Shown here: positions 59,420 through 64,000 of the stretch, piece by piece
Layout: the number at the start of each line of letters is the position of its first letter
How positions within the stretch are numbered: position 1 is the stretch's first letter
NCBI GenBank assembly: GCA_040285825.1
Contig: JAUPSS010000001.1
Location: forward strand, 124,001-188,000
DNA from: Eukaryota sp. TZLM1-RC
Lineage: Eukaryota > Protista > Metamonada: BaSk clade
Length of the DNA stretch: 64,000 nucleotides
Reading direction: 5' to 3'
Made by a program: the position numbers and the translations under genes
Notes under the pieces: generated by a model
The model's input: the letters and a program-made list of their open reading frames with translations, nothing else
What the model was told of the DNA's origin: nothing
Databases searched by the model: none

Positions 59420-59984
59420 ATGTTCATAATCATATTGTTAAATAGTTTCCTCCGTGACGGCCTGTAACTTCAGTTGTGGAGGCTCTTCGTGCTCTGTTAC
59501 TAGTAGTTCTTCCGGTAGATGTTCCTGTGAACAGCTTAAGCATCCAAAGACAGGTGTTGTGAGAGATTATGCTCTTTGTGATGCTATAGGGGCCACTTCT
59601 TGTAGTAGACGTGATGGATGGGGTTTCAGCTGTGATGTTGAAGGACCTTCTTCGAAATGTTCATTGATCACTGCTTCTCAAGGAAATGTTCACTACTTCA
59701 TTCCAATGTGTAGATCAATGTCTGCAAAGAGGTGTTCTATGAATCTTGGAACCCTCGGCCAGTGTGAAGTTATTGGTTCTGGATCACGATGTGATCATAA
59801 GTTTTTCTCAGCTGACAGTAAGGATTTCCTAGTTCCTTTGTGTCATTCCCGCTCTGCACTTCAGTGTTCTATGTCTTGTGGGTCTATGTCTTGTGATGTT
59901 GATTGCACCAACCACAGGAAATCTTCCCGTTGTGAATGTGTTTATTCTTTTGGTGTGTTACAGCCCAAATGTCGTTGTTTATAA
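59420..59984 (+). CDS. Secreted cysteine-rich protein with four ~44-aa repeats; one extra A at 59441 separates the signal peptide from the body
   Basis: Removing one A gives MFIIILLIVSSVTA|CNFSCGG..; repeats CSM..G..C.V.G..S.C...VP.C.S.SA. Confidence 0.7.
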
Positions 59985-60202
59985 GTCATATATAAGGACA
60001 ATATTGATATTATTATTGATTCTGATGAAGTGACACCATAGAGTCTATAATGGAGGATTTTTTTGTTTAGCGTTTTTCCTGTCTAATTTTATCTCACATT
60101 TATATGCTGGATAAATACCATTTGATTTCATAAACACTTTTCAATAACAACCATACACTAATAAATTATTTGAAAAAGATACAAATTTATAGAGCAATAA
60201 AA

Positions 60203-61108
60203 TTAAGCAACGACGCGAGGAACGGCCCACCATCCTTGTCTTTCAATGGCCAGGGTGTCAACTCCTCTTTTGATCTTGGCATAACCTTCTTCTCCCCAGA
60301 ATCCTCCCCAAGAGTTACGCTGAAATTAACAAAGAAAATTAACAATACATACCATGACCCAGTATTTGACTCCATTTTCTTCTCCCCAGCCAGTGAGGAC
60401 AACGACATGGTTAAGACACTTATCACCAGTGTGATCTTCAAAGATTCCACCCTTGTAGTTGTCCAAGTCATCATTGGCACAGATACCAACTTCAATGGGT
60501 CCACGGGCATAAATTTCCTTCATAAAGTCTAATTCACCATGGACTCTACCATGTTCAGCAACATAATACTTGGTGTAATTCTTAATAGCAAAGCAAGATC
60601 CCTTGTAATCATGGAGGTTGTGATGACAATCATAACATGCACCAAACTTGCATTGAGTCCATTGGTCATCAGTAGCTTCGTAAGGGAAACAAGTCTCTTC
60701 AACTGCTGGGTTCTTCATGAGATAGTTGAACAACATTGAAGGTTGACCACCATGGCAAGAACCGGCGTACTTGTTGGAACAAGAGAGAACTTGTTGGACG
60801 GAGAGATTGGGATCAGGGAAAGCTCCACCGCGCTGAATCTTTACACGATCGCCAATGATTCCTAGAGATGCGTGACACCAGCAGGATCCACAGTATTGAG
60901 GAGTATGTTGATTACGAATGACAGTAACGAGGTTCTTGCCATCAATGTTTCTCCAATCAAAGTTTTTGGGAAGGTCTGAATCCTTCAAATAGGTGGAAGG
61001 AAGAGGAGAAACAACGTGCTCAGGAGCATTCTCCATATGGAGAATTTCAGAGCGTCTGGCAAAGGCTAGAGCGACTGCGGCAAGGAGCACTACTGTCTTG
61101 ATGAACAT
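60203..61108 (-). CDS. CTSZ: Cathepsin Z/X-like papain-family cysteine protease, 290 aa, 2 exons (intron 60320-60352)
   Basis: Signal peptide, LP.NFDWRN, RNQHTPQYCGSCW (cathepsin X HIP-type insertion), NHVV...GWG, YWVM|RNSWG. Confidence 0.93.
60320..60352 (-). other. 33-nt intron in cathepsin Z
   Basis: GTATGTATTGTTAATTTTCTTTGTTAATTTCAG; contains an in-frame stop, and removal restores the catalytic RNSW. Confidence 0.93.
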
Positions 61109-61154
61109 AGATGAAGCAAATAGTAAATTATTTTTCAACCGCTTTTAATACTTC

Positions 61155-62375
61155 AAATTCAGAATGAATTGCAAGTTATTTTGGAAACAATGAAAATTGA
61201 ACTTGATTCAATTTCTTCTTTAGATATAGAAAAACACATTAAATTTTTTATGCTTAAAATTTGCTGCACTGGGAGAATAACCCACATTTTGAGATCTTGT
61301 GCTCCTTCCATAGCATTAGATTTTTGTCGTTCTTTTAATTCATTGAGAACAGAATTTTTTGCTGATTCATTGGATGTAGAACCAGGAATGCTGAAAAGTC
61401 ACTTATTTTCTTCAGCAAATTTGAATGGTATTGGATTTACTAAATCTTCAATTTTGTGTCAATCAGCATTCTTGGGTGGTGGCAAAAATTTTATTTATGA
61501 ATTTTCTCGTAGATTTCCTAATGATTCTCATCTGTTAGTTCCCAGTTGCAGTCCATATTTGCATGAGTTATCTTGTGAACTTGAAAAATTGCCGCCACAA
61601 ATTTGGACCAAATGTTTTCCTCAATCAATTCAAGAAATTCCAAACCGATCTCTTTTTAATTTACACTTTTGCTGTAAAAACTTCAACAAAAATTGTCAAA
61701 GATTTTTGAAAGCTTGGATTTTGATGTTACACTTGGATTGGCCAAGAAAAAGAATTCCGCTTTTGCAGATCTTTTACAAGATATGTGTGATACTTCTTCT
61801 GCCTTAGTAACAACAATTCCTCAAGTTCATGGTACTCTCTTAACTGATTCTGCTTAAACTCTGAATATGAGATTTCGCTCCATTATCTGGTCTGATAATT
61901 TACCTCATAATTTAATTTGTAAATGTTCTCGAGAAATTACAATTACTCATTTGTTAAATTGTAAACATTTTATTACTTTTAGAAGCAAGGTTCACGATGC
62001 TGTAAGAAACCAATTATATTGTATGTGCAAGTCTCACAGAATTGAATCTTTTTTGGAACCTCTGTTGTCAAATCTGTTTGATGCTGAAGGTGATTTTCAT
62101 AAGAATAATAGAGGTGATGTCAAATTACCTGATTTAGATGGCAGCTTCATCTTATTGGATGTAATGTCTGTTGATCCTTGTAATGCCTCAAATGAAAGGC
62201 TTGTTAATTCTGAAATTCATAATCCTCTTTCAAATGCTGAAAATTGCAAAATCAAAAAATACAATGAACATTTGTCCAAATTGTCTCCCAACATCATGCA
62301 AAATACAACTTGTATCCATTTGTATTTTCTCTATTTGGTTCACTTGCTCCCGCTGCTTTACGTTTTTTGGCAGAT
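61155..62375 (+). mobile_element. CRE-like RLE non-LTR retrotransposon fragment (family of 45636-47700)
   Basis: Highly similar to 46300-47490; RLE motifs. Confidence 0.88.
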
Positions 62376-62602
62376 TGGAGAAGAAATCACGGTAAATTTG
62401 TCAATTTGGTCCTACTAGAGCGACATTTGTTGCCAAGTGTCAAAACTGAGTAACATAGTTTATCACTATGGATTGAAAAATACATTTTTGAGTTACCATA
62501 TGTCTGGTGAAATATTCAATCCTGAATAAATTAAAAAAATATACATAAGAAAACAGTCTCAAAGCAAAAGGAACAAGGGAGTTGGACATTACACAATTAA
62601 AG

Positions 62603-63115
62603 TCAACGATGACGACTGTCTCTCTTATGTCCTTCCCTATATCTACTCCGCCTCTTTCCTCGAAAAGATTCTCTATAATGATCTGCACTGTGACGATGGG
62701 GTTCATGTCCCTTGTGTCTACCTGACTTATCATCCTTATCCTTCTCCTTCTGCCGCAATTCCTGTTCTATAAAAGCCTTCAACTTTGAAAGGTCTTCAGA
62801 TGATTCTTCCTTAGCTGGTTCAACGTCCCATTCAGCCATTGGATCCTCCAAATGTTGAAGTTTTTGTTCATGTGCAATATTACCAGACTTGAACAAAGGA
62901 CAATCCCGGGAATTTGCTCTATGACCAAATTGTTTACATTTGAAACATTGAGCTACCTCAAGAGTGTTGGGCTTAAGTGGGACAGCTCCTGGAGGTGCGG
63001 CGGTGAGAAATTCTCGAAGTGCTCTATTCTCAGGTCTATCAGGTATCTTGTCATCAATGCTGCGTTCTTTGGAAGGAGGGGACTTTTGTCTACCAAGACG
63101 TACAATTGTACCCAT
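62603..63115 (-). CDS. RP9: Retinitis pigmentosa 9 (PAP-1)-like CCHC splicing factor
   Basis: IPD.PEN...REFL..AP, QC.KC..FGHR....CP, EDPM; basic C-terminal tail. Confidence 0.85.
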   Translation of the reverse strand: MGTIVRLGRQKSPPSKERSIDDKIPDRPENRALREFLTAAPPGAVPLKPNTLEVAQCFKCKQFGHRANSRDCPLFKSGNIAHEQKLQHLEDPMAEWDVEPAKEESSEDLSKLKAFIEQELRQKEKDKDDKSGRHKGHEPHRHSADHYRESFRGKRRSRYREGHKRDSRHR

Positions 63116-63448
63116 TGTGGTAAGAAGGGTAAGAAGTTTTTTGAAATCAAAATTTTATTGATTACTAAGAATCAGATCTAATACTCCTTACTTTACTCCT
63201 AACTTTATTGATGAATTATCTGTTTTGGTTAAGGTTGTTCTATCGTAGCTCACTGACAGTCTTCTGCCTTCTACAAGACTTACAAAGGAACAACTGCTGT
63301 ATGGAATTGACATAAAAGTGATCAATTTCGTTACAATTATGAGTTCAATAAACATGTTGTGATTCTTCCTTTCTTCCTTTCTTGTAAGCACCCAGATTCT
63401 TTCACTTATAGATTCTACTATATGTAGATTCATATACTAGTAGTTATT

Positions 63449-64000
63449 CTATCTATAATCTTCAATTTGATCTAACGGCTTGCTAAACCACGGTAACAAA
63501 GATTTAAAAAAAAGAATGATTGGATGTACTGAAATGGCTTTCAAAAACTTTGCTCTATTTAGGTTATTTTGGTGTTGCTGTAGCCTAATCAATATCTGAT
63601 CAGATTCTTCAAGAAAAGACTCTGTGAAATAATTTACAGAAAATAATTCAAAGTAATTGTTTTCAGGAGGAATATAAATAGATCTGTAATATCGAGCCCT
63701 TTTGTAAACGTCAGCATTTTGATTGATTAAATCAGCCACGTGGGCTGCCGACTGACATATAAATGATATATGCTTTTTCAAAAATAAGAACAACCGTTCT
63801 ACTTGGAGATACATAAAAAAGACTAAATCTGATCCGCCAGGTAAACCAGATATTGAATTAGATTTAAAAGCAAAAGAATTCAATTCACGTGGAATATTGG
63901 ATTCATTGAACAATTTTCCATTAATGACAGATATAAATTCAGGAAATAAAAGAAAACATTGATTAAAAGCCCCCAAAATATCATTTGATGGAGAATGTAA
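63449..64000 (-). CDS. 3' end of a hypothetical protein continuing beyond the window
   Basis: Frame stays open from 64000 to the stop at 63449; no motif recognised. Confidence 0.5.
   Translation of the reverse strand, partial: LHSPSNDILGAFNQCFLLFPEFISVINGKLFNESNIPRELNSFAFKSNSISGLPGGSDLVFFMYLQVERLFLFLKKHISFICQSAAHVADLINQNADVYKRARYYRSIYIPPENNYFELFSVNYFTESFLEESDQILIRLQQHQNNLNRAKFLKAISVHPIILFFKSLLPWFSKPLDQIEDYR

Noticed and set aside
59418-59445. GTATGT...AATAG intron-like segment before the Cys-rich ORF
   Set aside because: Splicing destroys the ATG or leads to a stop, and there is no -7 branch A. A 1-nt frameshift explains the region better.

Overview
AT-rich, gene-dense eukaryotic (protist) genomic DNA using the standard genetic code. 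It resembles a compact free-living metamonad-type genome, but that is inference only. About 22 host genes are present, including CDC48/VCP, APEH, RCL1, CAPZB, DDX23/PRP28, URI1, ALG6, ERD2, UBA3, a PTB/hnRNP-L-like protein, PSMB7, TCTP, RPL38, an ABCC transporter, cathepsin Z and RP9. Six very short spliceosomal introns (26-33 nt) all have the branch A exactly at -7 from the 3' end. The genes are separated by graveyards of degraded transposons: CRE-like RLE non-LTR retrotransposons, a chromodomain Ty3/Gypsy element with 81-bp LTRs, hAT and MULE-like remnants, and at least eight remnants of Fanzor (eukaryotic TnpB) elements from about four families. The most striking pattern is that all seven Fanzor 3' ends visible in the window, each with a conserved structured omegaRNA-like tail ending in a short palindrome, lie in sense orientation directly upstream (about 7-220 nt) of a host start codon, while the rest of each element has decayed. 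This suggests promoter-targeted insertion and/or exaptation of the Fanzor 3' end as the host gene's promoter/5' leader.
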